Of a DNA stretch of 64,000 nt, positions 1 through 9,300 are shown piece after piece (the first letter of the stretch is position 1; each line of letters opens with the position of its first letter). Position numbers and translations under genes: made by a program. The notes under the pieces were generated by a model. That model was not told the origin of the DNA and ran no database searches. It saw nothing but the letters and a program-made list of their open reading frames with translations. The stretch comes from Patescibacteria group bacterium (GTDB lineage Bacteria > Patescibacteriota > Minisyncoccia > Phycocordibacterales > GCA-2747955). The stretch lies in contig JBLYPV010000001.1 in NCBI GenBank assembly GCA_048538215.1, forward strand, positions 11,495 to 75,494. The letters are read 5' to 3'.

Positions 1-1842
1 ACTGCATGGCACTCCGCCAAGCTTATAGATCCTTTATCCAACGGTGCAGTCTTACCTATAGTGCACCTCAATGGATATAAAATATCAGGCCCCACTATCT
101 ATGGCCGTATGAGCAATCAAGAGCTTGAGCGCCTATTTCTTGGGTTAGGATATGATCCTATCTTTGTAGATTCATATACTGCAGATGATGTGCACCAGGA
201 TATGGCTCAGGCGATAGATAAGGCGGTATCTGCAATACATGATATTCAGCGTAGAGCACGGAAAGGGAATGAGGATGTACAGCCAATATGGCCAGTAATT
301 TTGATGCGTACTCCCAAGGGCTGGCACAGTATTGAAGAATTAGCGGGCAAAAAAATAGAGGATAATCATTATGCCCACCAAGTAATTTTTGAGAATCCTA
401 GAGTGAATACTTTCGAGCGTGATTTGCTTGAATCATGGCTCCGTGCATATAAATTTACAGAAATTTTTGATGGCCAATCATTTGATGCAGACATTAAATC
501 ATTAGTCCCATCTCCCGATCGAGCAATGGGTAATACTAAGTATGCTAAGGGCGGGGAAGCTGTATACAAAGCGCTTAATACTTCAGCTTTAGATGATTTA
601 GAGTACACCGCTACCTGCACCTTGTATGATGCTGAGTGCCCAGAGCAGAGTGCTATGCGCTTGGTAGGAATGTATTTGCGTGATATTTGTATTCGCAATC
701 AAGATGTACGCAATTTTCGTATGTTTTCACCGGATGAAACATACTCCAACAAGCTCGATGCGATATTTGAAGCAACTACTCGGGCTTTCATTTGGCCACT
801 TAAAGATTGGGATAATAATTTATCCCGTGATGGACGAGTAATTGAGATGCTTTCAGAGCATACGCTCCAGGGCTTGATGCAGGGCTATGTGCTCACAGGG
901 CGCCACGCTGTATTACCTACATATGAAGCGTTTGCACAGATTATCTCTAGTATGAGTGATCAGTATGCCAAATTTATCAAGGTGGCAAGGGAAGTCTCTT
1001 GGCGGGGTGCATTTCCTTCGCTCAATTACATCCTCTCCTCTTCTGGTTGGCGACAGGAGCATAATGGATTTTCTCATCAAAATCCTGGCTTTATTGATGG
1101 AATTCTTCAGCGCCAAGGTGATTTTACTAATGTCTACCTTCCACCTGATGCTAATGCAGCTCTTGTCTCAATCGATCAAATGATGAAAAGTGAGCAATCA
1201 ATTAATGTATTGGTTTGCGGTAAGCGAGAGCTTCCTTGTTGGCGTACGCTTGACGAAGCACGGGCAGATATGGAAGCAGGGATAGCAATCTGGGATTTTG
1301 CAAGTGATAATGATCCACATATGGTCTTTGCCGCCTGTGGCGATTACATTACCAAGGAGACTCTTGCAGCCATCAGTATCATTCGTACATATATTCCAAA
1401 TTTTCGAGTCCGTATGGTGAGCATCAATCATCTTACTCCACAAGGAGTAGGGGGCTATCATTGTAGTAAGCATATACATCTCGATGAGTATTTTACTACC
1501 GATAAGCCAGTCCTTATTAATTTTCATGGTTACCCACAGACAATCAAACAGATCCTCTTTGATTATGGTTATAACAATAAGCGCTTTACTATCTGTGGCT
1601 ATCGGGAGAGTGGATCAACTACTACGCCATTTGATATGATGGTACGAAATGGCACCGATCGATATCATTTAGTGATGCAGGCTCTTAAAGAGGCCTGGCT
1701 TGCTCAGTGTATTGCTCGCGAGGAGTATGATATTCTTCGTCATGAATTTGAAGCGAAGATTAGCAATTTTACTAAATACATTCTCATTCATGGGAATGAC
1801 CCTGAAGAAATAACAAATTGGCAATGGCATACACACTTATAA
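1..1842 (+). CDS. xfp: Xylulose-5-P/fructose-6-P phosphoketolase, C-terminal ~610 aa; the 5' end lies outside the window
   Basis: The frame is open from base 1 with no upstream stop. The translation (…LPIVHLNGYKISGPTIYGRMSNQELERLF…) matches the phosphoketolase family over its length. The ORF track gives 61..1842. Confidence 0.85.
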   Translation, partial: TAWHSAKLIDPLSNGAVLPIVHLNGYKISGPTIYGRMSNQELERLFLGLGYDPIFVDSYTADDVHQDMAQAIDKAVSAIHDIQRRARKGNEDVQPIWPVILMRTPKGWHSIEELAGKKIEDNHYAHQVIFENPRVNTFERDLLESWLRAYKFTEIFDGQSFDADIKSLVPSPDRAMGNTKYAKGGEAVYKALNTSALDDLEYTATCTLYDAECPEQSAMRLVGMYLRDICIRNQDVRNFRMFSPDETYSNKLDAIFEATTRAFIWPLKDWDNNLSRDGRVIEMLSEHTLQGLMQGYVLTGRHAVLPTYEAFAQIISSMSDQYAKFIKVAREVSWRGAFPSLNYILSSSGWRQEHNGFSHQNPGFIDGILQRQGDFTNVYLPPDANAALVSIDQMMKSEQSINVLVCGKRELPCWRTLDEARADMEAGIAIWDFASDNDPHMVFAACGDYITKETLAAISIIRTYIPNFRVRMVSINHLTPQGVGGYHCSKHIHLDEYFTTDKPVLINFHGYPQTIKQILFDYGYNNKRFTICGYRESGSTTTPFDMMVRNGTDRYHLVMQALKEAWLAQCIAREEYDILRHEFEAKISNFTKYILIHGNDPEEITNWQWHTHL

Positions 1843-2990
1843 TCAATCCTGGATCAAGCTCACGTAAATATGCATTAGCAGATGACGAAGCCCTTGTGTA
1901 TAGCGCTCATGCAGCCCTCGATGAAGCTGGCAAACTTGTATTAGAGATTAATACTGCAGGTAAACAAGAAAAAATAGAGATTCATAGTCTTGAAGATGCC
2001 CTTGGTCGGGTACTTGAAAGTGTTCTTTCTCGAAGTCTTGTGCCAGATTTGGCTCATATTCAATATGTTGTGTTCCGAATAGTCGCTCCTGGTAGTGCTT
2101 ATACGACACATCAATATATAGATGATTCATATATAGCCCAGCTTGCATCACACACTACTCGTGCTCCATTACATATCCCGCCACTTTATGAAGAGATTAT
2201 TGCCGTGCAAGATTTTTTCCCTGATGCACTTCTTTATGCTATATCTGATTCAGCTTTTCATACAACTATTACCGAACATCTTGCTCGTCTGAGTGTTGAT
2301 GCTCAAGATGCACAGAAGTATAATATTCGTCGCTTTGGCTATCATGGGATATCTGCTTCGTCGGTAGTCCGTCAATTACAAGCCAATAATCACACCACAG
2401 ATAGCACGGTCGTAGTGCATTTCGGTGGAGGAATTAGTATACATGCAATAGATGGAGGAGTGTCGGTCAATACTTCAATGGGCTATGATCCTTCAGGGGG
2501 GATGATGATGTCTTCACGAGGTGGTGATGTGAGTGCCGGTGCCATGCTCGCTTTGGCACAAGAAAAGAAGATGAGCCTTAGCGATGCTCAAGCATATCTA
2601 TACACTCAGTGTGGCTTTGAAGGCATAGTAGGAGAGCGCGACATGCGTCGAGTTTTGGAAAAATATGAAGCAGGAGATGCTGATGCTTTGCTTGTGATTG
2701 AAAAATTACGCTTTGAAATTCAATCACAGATTGCCGCCTACACATTCCAAATGGGTGGGATATCCCAGCTGGTACTTACCGGTACTGCATTCTATCGTAA
2801 TCCGATCTTGCGAGATTTAATGTTGAGAGGGCTTGAGTCGCAGGGATTTTTGATTGATGATGCACGCAACAATGCCCTTGAGGCTCAGCCGGGCACTATT
2901 AGCGCTCACCATAGCCAAGTAGCTATCCTAGTATTGCCTGCAGATGAAACAAATGAAATGCTAGCTCTTTTCCGCGAGAATGCCTTATAA
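1818..2990 (+). CDS. ackA: Acetate kinase
   Basis: N-terminus LIINPGSSSRKYAL and the HFGGGISIHAIDGGVSVNTSMGYDPSGG motif match the acetate/propionate kinase family. It overlaps the phosphoketolase 3' end by 25 nt, suggesting an xfp-ackA operon. Confidence 0.8.
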   Translation: MAMAYTLIINPGSSSRKYALADDEALVYSAHAALDEAGKLVLEINTAGKQEKIEIHSLEDALGRVLESVLSRSLVPDLAHIQYVVFRIVAPGSAYTTHQYIDDSYIAQLASHTTRAPLHIPPLYEEIIAVQDFFPDALLYAISDSAFHTTITEHLARLSVDAQDAQKYNIRRFGYHGISASSVVRQLQANNHTTDSTVVVHFGGGISIHAIDGGVSVNTSMGYDPSGGMMMSSRGGDVSAGAMLALAQEKKMSLSDAQAYLYTQCGFEGIVGERDMRRVLEKYEAGDADALLVIEKLRFEIQSQIAAYTFQMGGISQLVLTGTAFYRNPILRDLMLRGLESQGFLIDDARNNALEAQPGTISAHHSQVAILVLPADETNEMLALFRENAL

Positions 2991-3080
2991 TAATACAAAA
3001 GAGAAAAGGTATATAATAGGTACACATTGAGGACATATTAGCATATTGAAAATATCTAATAATAGGAGTATGGTTAGGTT

Positions 3081-3878
3081 ATGGAACGCCATATTCTACA
3101 CAATAGAAAAAAGCAAACAATTGTAGGTATTTTGTATACGCCCCAGTATCATCCTAGGGGTACGGCTATTATTTCTCCAGGATGGCGGAGTAATAAAGAT
3201 GAGGCGGTAGTGATAGCTATAAAAGAGGCCTTCATCCGTGCTCGGTTTCAGGTATTTGTATATGATGCCACTAATTCTCAAGGAGAGAGTGATGGTGACC
3301 CAGCTTTGTCTACTCACGGCTTACACTATGAAGATTTAGAAGACGTGGTGATGTGGGCGCGTGAACAAAAGTGGTTTATCTCACCACTTGTAGTCTCAGG
3401 ACACTCACGAGGAGCGTATGCAGCAGTACGATTTGTACAATCACATCCCACAAGAGTCCGATATCTGGTAGCGGTAGCACCGGTAGTATCAGGCCAACTC
3501 TCAGATAAAACATTTAAACAGAATGACCCTCTTGGCTACGCGCGCTGGAGCGAGCGCAAGCCAGAGATGCCTAATACTGATTATTCAGGAGTACGGCGAT
3601 TATGGTCGAAAATTCGTCGACGGGTTAATTATGATTTGCGTCCGCAGGCCCATCTCATACTTATCCCTACATTGCTTGTAGGTGGCAATCGAGACGTCCG
3701 TTGCCCACCGCGACATTTGCGTAAATTGCATCGTGCAATTGGAAGCCGTGACAAGACGCTTGAGATTATAGAAAAAGCGGTGCATCGATTTTCTACTCCA
3801 GAAAGTCAATCAGCTTTAAGTGATACCATCTATCGTTGGCTTAGCCAGCGATTAGATGCTAGAGATACCAAGCATTAA
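3081..3878 (+). CDS. Alpha/beta-fold serine hydrolase
   Basis: GHSRGA nucleophile-elbow motif (GxSxG) at a position typical of the alpha/beta hydrolase fold; 265 aa. Confidence 0.55.
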   Translation: MERHILHNRKKQTIVGILYTPQYHPRGTAIISPGWRSNKDEAVVIAIKEAFIRARFQVFVYDATNSQGESDGDPALSTHGLHYEDLEDVVMWAREQKWFISPLVVSGHSRGAYAAVRFVQSHPTRVRYLVAVAPVVSGQLSDKTFKQNDPLGYARWSERKPEMPNTDYSGVRRLWSKIRRRVNYDLRPQAHLILIPTLLVGGNRDVRCPPRHLRKLHRAIGSRDKTLEIIEKAVHRFSTPESQSALSDTIYRWLSQRLDARDTKH

Positions 3879-3910
3879 TGTCTTTGGTATGTGTACTATG
3901 TATATATAAA

Positions 3911-3940
3911 AGGCCCGGCGTGCTTGCACGCCGGGCCTCG
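3911..3940. terminator. Perfect GC-rich hairpin (ggcccggcgtgc ttgc acgccgggcc) between convergent genes
   Basis: 12-bp perfect stem seen directly. It is flanked by an A/T run and could terminate both 3081..3878(+) and 3943..4266(-). Confidence 0.55.
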
Positions 3941-3942
3941 GA

Positions 3943-4266
3943 CTACCCATCAAGTGGTGTGGGCATTATCGGCACGAGAGGCCTGGGTGCCTGGCTGATG
4001 CCGAGCCTGTGTAGAGCTTGCTCGGGCGTCCACCCGAGCCCGGCAAGCTCGAGGGCTTTTTTCGCCATTTCCTTGTAGCTCAAGAGCCCAAGCTCTGCCT
4101 CTACATATTGCTCGACCTCGCTCCAGGCGAGCTCAAGAGCCTGCTGTTGGTTTTCAGGGGTCGTTTTGACCTTCGCCCCATCAGCTTGGGGCGAAATCGA
4201 GCCTTGGTAGAGGTGGATTACTTCACCGGAGTCTTTCGTCACGGCACTTTCCTTTCTTTTGCACAA
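3943..4266 (-). CDS. Hypothetical protein, GC-rich composition. The real start is possibly the GTG near 4237.
   Basis: ORF on the minus strand in a locally GC-rich stretch. I judged it more protein-like than the overlapping plus ORF 4018..4311. No recognisable family. Confidence 0.3.
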   Translation of the reverse strand: MCKRKESAVTKDSGEVIHLYQGSISPQADGAKVKTTPENQQQALELAWSEVEQYVEAELGLLSYKEMAKKALELAGLGWTPEQALHRLGISQAPRPLVPIMPTPLDG

Positions 4267-4324
4267 TTAAGGCAAATTATATTTAATATAAATATTTTGT
4301 CAATTTCTTAAAAAATAGAGTATG

Positions 4325-4362
4325 GTAGAAGTTGTCCAAGCTTGGACAACTTCTACCATATT
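4325..4362. terminator. Perfect 16-bp-stem palindrome gtagaagttgtccaag/cttggacaacttctac
   Basis: Seen directly. It lies between 3943..4266(-) and 4433..4876(-). A second hairpin at ~4392-4425 (agcccacg…cgtgggct) is adjacent. Confidence 0.45.
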
Positions 4363-4432
4363 TGAATAGCTAAGTTTTATATACGAGAAAAGCCCACGAG
4401 GGGTGGGCTTTCCCGTGGGCTGGATTCATGAG

Positions 4433-4876
4433 TCAATCAATGTCTGGATCGAAGCGATTTGAGTATTCCCACATTTCTTCCCAATCTCCTCTTGGATCAT
4501 AACAAGGCAGATAGGGCTCGTGGTGCAACAAAATCAATTCGATTTCACAAAAGCAATCTGTAGGATGGTAGCTCAGGAGCTCTCCTATGCGATTGCAAAT
4601 TTCCATCACCCCTGATGCAAGGATGACATCAATACTTTTTTGAGGAATATTGAAGTGATAGCGAGCATGTGCATAAGCTGTCATAGTCAAAGCACGAATT
4701 GCTTCGCGTATTTCTCTACGCTTGGCTTCGCGCAAGCTGTATTGGAGACAGGCCTGCCAACAATCTATATCGGGTCCACAGAGGAATTCCCTAATGTATT
4801 GCATAGGCACTATTTGACCAGATCCTTGCCCTTCATAGGGTATATGCATAAAGATCATAATATCCTCCCGGACCAC
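4433..4876 (-). CDS. Hypothetical protein (147 aa)
   Basis: Clean ORF, Cys/His-containing, no family recognised. Confidence 0.4.
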   Translation of the reverse strand: MVREDIMIFMHIPYEGQGSGQIVPMQYIREFLCGPDIDCWQACLQYSLREAKRREIREAIRALTMTAYAHARYHFNIPQKSIDVILASGVMEICNRIGELLSYHPTDCFCEIELILLHHEPYLPCYDPRGDWEEMWEYSNRFDPDID

Positions 4877-5007
4877 TAGCGTTCTCTATAAGAGTACTAC
4901 GAGCTTTAAAAAGTGTCAAAAAATGTTATTTAGGGCAATAAGAAAATAAGTAGACAAAATAGAATATTTGTTATATACTATTTTTTAATCGTAAGAAGGA
5001 GACCAAT

Positions 5008-5157
5008 ATGAAAATTTTCAAATGGCTTGTAAGCGTCCTTCTTTGGGGGGATGCTAAAGATCCTGAAGAAGAGGAGCCGATCGAGCATTTCGAGGATATG
5101 CTCGAGAGGAAAAAAATTACTCCTCAGAACTTTCGCCAACATGAAGGCGAAATCTGA
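5008..5157 (+). CDS. Small protein (49 aa, MKIFKWLVSVLLWGDAKDPEEEEPIEHFEDMLERKKITPQNFRQHEGEI)
   Basis: Strong SD (aaggaga) 6 nt upstream of the ATG. A Rho-independent terminator follows at 5174-5202. It is below the ORF-track length cutoff. The antisense ORF 4978..5232 is probably spurious. Confidence 0.5.
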   Translation: MKIFKWLVSVLLWGDAKDPEEEEPIEHFEDMLERKKITPQNFRQHEGEI

Positions 5158-5173
5158 TGAGAGGAAGCAAGAT

Positions 5174-5202
5174 TGCGCGGTGGAAGCATCGCGCACTTTT
5201 TT
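5174..5202 (+). terminator. Rho-independent terminator (tgcgcg-loop-cgcgca + TTTTTT)
   Basis: GC stem followed by a T6 run, directly after the small ORF 5008..5157. Confidence 0.6.
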
Positions 5203-5524
5203 ATAGTAGAAATTGTCTGAGTCGGGGCACACCCTCCACCTGGCTTCGTTTATCTATCGGTTTGTCGACAGAGCCGGTTAATTATACCTACTGCTTTCGA
5301 TTCTCACGCAAGCAAAAGAGTTTGCTCGTTTCACTTCTACGAATACAAAAGGCACCACATTCGTAAAGTTTTCTCGTAAAGAAATCGGATGTTGCCGCGC
5401 CTTGGCATGACTAGCTCAGATGGGCTTGGTATGTAACCAATTTCTACGACCAAGTCGCTTACATATACTCTCACCAGGCTCGATTCTTAATTTATTGCAT
5501 AAATACAATCAACCACACTTTTTA

Positions 5525-5560
5525 CTTAAAACAAAAGTCGCTCTTTTGAGCGCTTTGTTT
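5525..5560. terminator. Long A/T-flanked palindromic hairpin (aaaacaaaagtcgctc tttt gagcgctttgtttt)
   Basis: ~16-bp stem, nearly perfect. It could act bidirectionally and separates two halves of the ncRNA-rich region. Confidence 0.45.
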
Positions 5561-5774
5561 TGGGGGAAGTAGGGGGAGTCGGTACCAGGTTGCAAAGCGT
5601 CGCTTGCGCTCGCTAAGCACCTCCTACCCGGCCTCGGCTTGCAAGGCACATGGCCGACCGAGTGCCTTGCATATGCCTCCGTCTTTCGATTCCCCACGCA
5701 GGCAAAGCAGTTTATCTGCTCCACTTTCACTAATAAAAATAGCCCCACTATCGTGGAGCTTATTTTTATACTAG

Positions 5775-6214
5775 TGGAAGTGGGGGGAATCGAACCCCCG
5801 TCCACATACGGATATCTCGTGCACATCTACGAATGCTAGTTTATTTATTATCTCAAGATAATTGAGAGCTTCACGCTAGTGTCTATAAAATAAACTAAAC
5901 GATACTAGAGCTAGTCGTAATTTATTTTATATAGAGATCACGACACTTCTCTATACTATCCTTCTTATCTCACAATAGAGGGGGAATGAAGGAATATTCA
6001 CCCGTTCTACCGCCAAGTACGCTCGGGAGTATAAATGCTCAACCGACGGCTTACGCCATTGCGTATACTGGAGCGAGAGAAGCGTATGGGCTAGCCATAG
6101 CTCCTTTCACTTTTGCGACTACGTTTGCACGTAAAAAGTATGGGCCTTTTACAGATCTGCCCAATCTACATCGCATACACGGATATGTTCGTATTGTCAA
6201 AGCCGGTCACTCCC
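5775..6214 (-). ncRNA. ssrA: tmRNA (SsrA), ~440 nt
   Basis: The minus-strand 3' end …GGACGGGGGUUCGAUUCCCCCCACUUCCA matches the canonical tmRNA TΨC arm and acceptor end (compare E. coli GGACGCGGGUUCAACUCCCGCCAGCUCCACCA). The 5' GGGAGUG pairs with the 3' CACUUCC to form the acceptor stem. An internal tag ORF starts at resume codon GCA (…GCA AAA GUG … UAC GCA AUG GCG UAA) and ends …VYAMA*. CCA is not encoded. It is antisense to the spurious ORF 5986..6225. Confidence 0.8.
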
Positions 6215-6527
6215 ATTTTGCCTAAATAGAGTATATCTAGGTAATAATAATTATACCAATTTAATGATTATAAGCAAGTATTTAGTATATGATATACTAT
6301 CGTCAATTGTGAAAACGGAGAGGGATAATGAAAAAGAAAAGGTTCCCAGGACTGACGTTGCCTGTTGTATTGTTTGGGCTATTTATTACATTGATAGCAC
6401 AATGCACAGCTTAGACGTCACATTTTTCTCACGCGGGCGACTGCGTGAGATTTTTTATTGACTTTTTCAAGATGAAGCATATAATGCCCGAAATTTACGC
6501 AAGTGAGACTTAAAAGGAGTATATCAG

Positions 6528-6680
6528 ATGCGGAAAATGTATGATCTTTTACAAAAAATAGATTGGGTGATGGCGCCAATATTCTTGATCATGGTGATGA
6601 TTATGCTCATCATGGTGATCGCCGTCTATAATCAAAACCAAATCGAGCAATCGGAGATGCACATTCCCTGGGCTGATTAA
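6528..6680 (+). CDS. Small membrane protein (50 aa, one TM helix)
   Basis: SD aaaggag upstream. A hydrophobic core (APIFLIMVMIMLIMVIAVY) is present. A GC hairpin with T-run terminator follows at 6694-6730. Confidence 0.45.
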   Translation: MRKMYDLLQKIDWVMAPIFLIMVMIMLIMVIAVYNQNQIEQSEMHIPWAD

Positions 6681-6693
6681 TCGCTATGTTTGA

Positions 6694-6730
6694 GTCCCGC
6701 GCCTCCGGCGCGGGAATTTCATTTGATTTT
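6694..6730 (+). terminator. Rho-independent terminator (tcccgcgcc tccg gcgcggga + T-rich)
   Basis: Seen directly. Confidence 0.6.
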
Positions 6731-6993
6731 TGATTTTTTGAATATATAATTCTTTAGCTCTAATGGATAGGGAGGAATAAATGAGCAATAATCATCTGAT
6801 CATCTTTGCGATATGGAATAGGGCATTTGGGTCTGCAATTTGGCAGACAATGCCAAAGGGTGTTTTGCCCGTGCCCATCCAGACGCGCCCGCCTTATGAA
6901 GATGAGGAAGTCATCTTTTAGGCGACACAGCTACTCGTACTCCTCGCGTGCTCTATGTATGCGGGGAGGCGGGTTTTCTTTTTGTTAAAAAAT

Positions 6994-8130
6994 ATGATTA
7001 GATATAGGGTAATGCTTAGTGCCAAGCGCTATATACACCATCTTGCTTCTAAGTCTAAAATTACTATCAATGGTAGCCAGCCTTATGATATCCAAGTATA
7101 TGATGATACAGCATATCGTGATATCTATCTATTAGGACGAGTGGGGGTAGGGGAAAGCTTTATGGCGAATAAATGGGATAGTGATGATTTAGTAGAATCA
7201 ATCTCACGTTTAATTTCAAGTGGAGTAGCAGATGAAATGCGCTCCCTGTCCACATTTTTCTTGGCTTGTAAGACCAAGCTTTTTAATCTGCAAAGTCGAA
7301 CACGAGCATTTGAGGTAGCTCGTGCACACTATGATTTTGGCAATGAGCTTTATGAGGTGATGCTCGATTCACGGATGGTATATACTTGCGCTGATTTTCA
7401 ATCAGTAGAGAGTGGGGATTTGGAATCTGCCCAAGAGGCGAAGCTTAAATCAATTTGTGATAAGCTCGATTTGAAGCCAGGCAAGCGCTTACTCGATGTG
7501 GGTTGTGGCTGGGGGAGCTTGATGAAATACGCCGCAGAACATTATGGGGTAGAATGTGTGGGAATCTCGGTATCTCGTGAGCAAACCCAGTGGGCGCATG
7601 ATTCTTTTGGTGATCTGCCGTGCACTATAGAAGTAGTAGATTATCGTGATTTTTATGACGATAGAGGGTTTGATTATATTTGCTCAATTGAGATGATAGA
7701 GGCGGTGGGGCAGAAAAATTTTCGTAGCTATTTTGAAAAATTATATTCTTTGCTTACAAGCGATGGAGCACTTTTGATCCAAGCGATAGTTTCAGATAGT
7801 AAACATGGTGGGGCTGATCCTTGGATAGATAAGTACATTTTCCCTAATGGTACTCTCCCGAGCCACTTGGAATTAGTTGGTGCTACCGAGGATTTGTTCT
7901 ACTGGGAATCGGTAGATAATATTGGTCCCTCCTATGAACACACGCTTTTAGAATGGTGGCGTAATTTAGAGTCAGGTTATTCTAAGCTTCAATTGGATGA
8001 TCCAGAAAAATACACTGATACCGTCTTACGGATGTTTAAATACTATCTCCATTCTTGTGCAGCTCTCTCACGCACTCGCCATATGCACACTTGGCAAATA
8101 GTATATACCCCAAAGCCCTCAAGTCAGTAA
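6994..8130 (+). CDS. cfa: Cyclopropane-fatty-acyl-phospholipid synthase (SAM-dependent methyltransferase)
   Basis: Aligns over its full length to Cfa from memory (ITINGS…, LQSRTRAFEVARAHYDFGNELYEVMLD, LLDVGCGWGSLMKYAAEHYG, DPWIDKYIFPNGTLPS, YYLHSCAALSRTRHMHTWQIV). The ORF track begins at 6955. I moved the start to the internal Met at 6994 from alignment to E. coli Cfa. Confidence 0.85.
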   Translation: MIRYRVMLSAKRYIHHLASKSKITINGSQPYDIQVYDDTAYRDIYLLGRVGVGESFMANKWDSDDLVESISRLISSGVADEMRSLSTFFLACKTKLFNLQSRTRAFEVARAHYDFGNELYEVMLDSRMVYTCADFQSVESGDLESAQEAKLKSICDKLDLKPGKRLLDVGCGWGSLMKYAAEHYGVECVGISVSREQTQWAHDSFGDLPCTIEVVDYRDFYDDRGFDYICSIEMIEAVGQKNFRSYFEKLYSLLTSDGALLIQAIVSDSKHGGADPWIDKYIFPNGTLPSHLELVGATEDLFYWESVDNIGPSYEHTLLEWWRNLESGYSKLQLDDPEKYTDTVLRMFKYYLHSCAALSRTRHMHTWQIVYTPKPSSQ

Positions 8131-8226
8131 TTTCCTATAATTAAGATATACTTTTTAATATATCTTTTTTAAATAATCATACAGTATACTACCTGCTGTC
8201 TTCGGTAAAATTTGTAAATAATAATG

Positions 8227-8775
8227 CTAAATAGACCCAGCGGGAAGCTCGATGACGTAGCGAGCTTCTTGGCTTGGAGTGAAAGTGGTATGATCCTTAT
8301 AGCTTTCTGGAGAAATATTTCGAGCAGTATCCACTACTACCCAATCAGCACTAAGCCAAATAATATCAATTGGAAAATGCATATCCTTCATCCAAATACC
8401 ATGATAGCCATTTTCGGGGAATATAAAGAGCATACCTTGTTGGGACGCTAAATGTTCACGACCACTCAATCCCTGTATTCGAGCATTTCGAGTGTGGGCT
8501 ACTTCCAAGGTATAGCTGATGTCTTTAATAATTGCCGTGGTAGTAGCAAGCTTGGTTTCAGCAATAAAGATATTATCCATTTGTACCACGAGAGGGTGCC
8601 CAGAATCATCACCATTCTTTCCAGTAATTGTTTGCTCATTGAGAGATACACCGTAGAGAATTAATGCAAAAATAAATATAGTAGATATGGTAGGGATAGC
8701 CCACAATAGGGCACGAGTACGCGCACCCGGCTCTTCCATTTCAGAATCAAAATCCATTGCCTTATTGTAGAGCAA
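8227..8775 (-). CDS. DUF192 (COG1430) family protein with N-terminal TM anchor
   Basis: The C-terminal half (MLFIFPENGYHGIWMKDMHFPIDIIWL…) resembles the DUF192 family. Confidence 0.5.
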   Translation of the reverse strand: MLYNKAMDFDSEMEEPGARTRALLWAIPTISTIFIFALILYGVSLNEQTITGKNGDDSGHPLVVQMDNIFIAETKLATTTAIIKDISYTLEVAHTRNARIQGLSGREHLASQQGMLFIFPENGYHGIWMKDMHFPIDIIWLSADWVVVDTARNISPESYKDHTTFTPSQEARYVIELPAGSI

Positions 8776-8783
8776 AAAAGAGT

Positions 8784-9245
8784 TTAACGGAAGCGCACTT
8801 TATGCTCACGAAGTACATCTCGCTCCTGATCTCGCTCTTTGATATCTTCGCGCTTGTCGTGCTTTTTCTTTCCACGCACGAGTGCTAGTTCGAGCTTAAT
8901 TTTGCCATTTGCACGACCAATGGCTTTGGGGACAAGAGTAATTCCTTTATTATGTACGGCTTTTTGAATCTCAATAATTTCTTTTTTGTTTAGCAAAAGT
9001 ATGCGATCACGACGAGGATTACTACTAGGAGAATTTGCCACCTGGTAAGGGGGGATATGGAATTCACGCAGGAGGATAGTATATCTACCCGCTTCTTCTT
9101 GCACGGTGATGTACGCCCCATCCATTGATGGGGTATTTGTTTGTAGAGATTTCGCTTCATCCCCAAGAAGGGAGATGCCCGCCATGTAAGTATCGAGCAC
9201 TTCATAGGAATGATGGAGCTTTTTGTTGCGAGCTACTACTTGCAT
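8784..9245 (-). CDS. smpB: SsrA-binding protein SmpB
   Basis: HSYEVLDTYMAGISLLGDEAKSL…NPRRDRILLLNKKEI…IKLELALVRGKKKHDKRE matches SmpB. It lies ~2.6 kb from the tmRNA. Confidence 0.85.
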   Translation of the reverse strand: MQVVARNKKLHHSYEVLDTYMAGISLLGDEAKSLQTNTPSMDGAYITVQEEAGRYTILLREFHIPPYQVANSPSSNPRRDRILLLNKKEIIEIQKAVHNKGITLVPKAIGRANGKIKLELALVRGKKKHDKREDIKERDQERDVLREHKVRFR

Positions 9246-9300
9246 AGATACATTATACCAATGATACGCTTATGGGCACAGAGGAGAGAAGTTTGGTATA

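Noticed and set aside
4018-4311. Plus-strand 97-aa ORF overlapping 3943..4266(-)
   Set aside because: Both cannot be real. The minus ORF has a more protein-like composition and a terminator directly after its stop. The call remains low-confidence either way.
5380-5460. tRNA-like stretch …ggcatgactagctcagatgggcttgg…
   Set aside because: It contains a UAGCUCAG-like D-loop motif, but no complementary D-stem, anticodon arm or T-arm could be built. It is probably part of a larger uncharacterised RNA or is fortuitous.
5986-6225. ORF-track CDS of 79 aa on the plus strand
   Set aside because: It lies entirely antisense to the tmRNA, whose T-arm, acceptor stem and tag ORF are all recognisable on the minus strand. 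Its product has no protein-like features.
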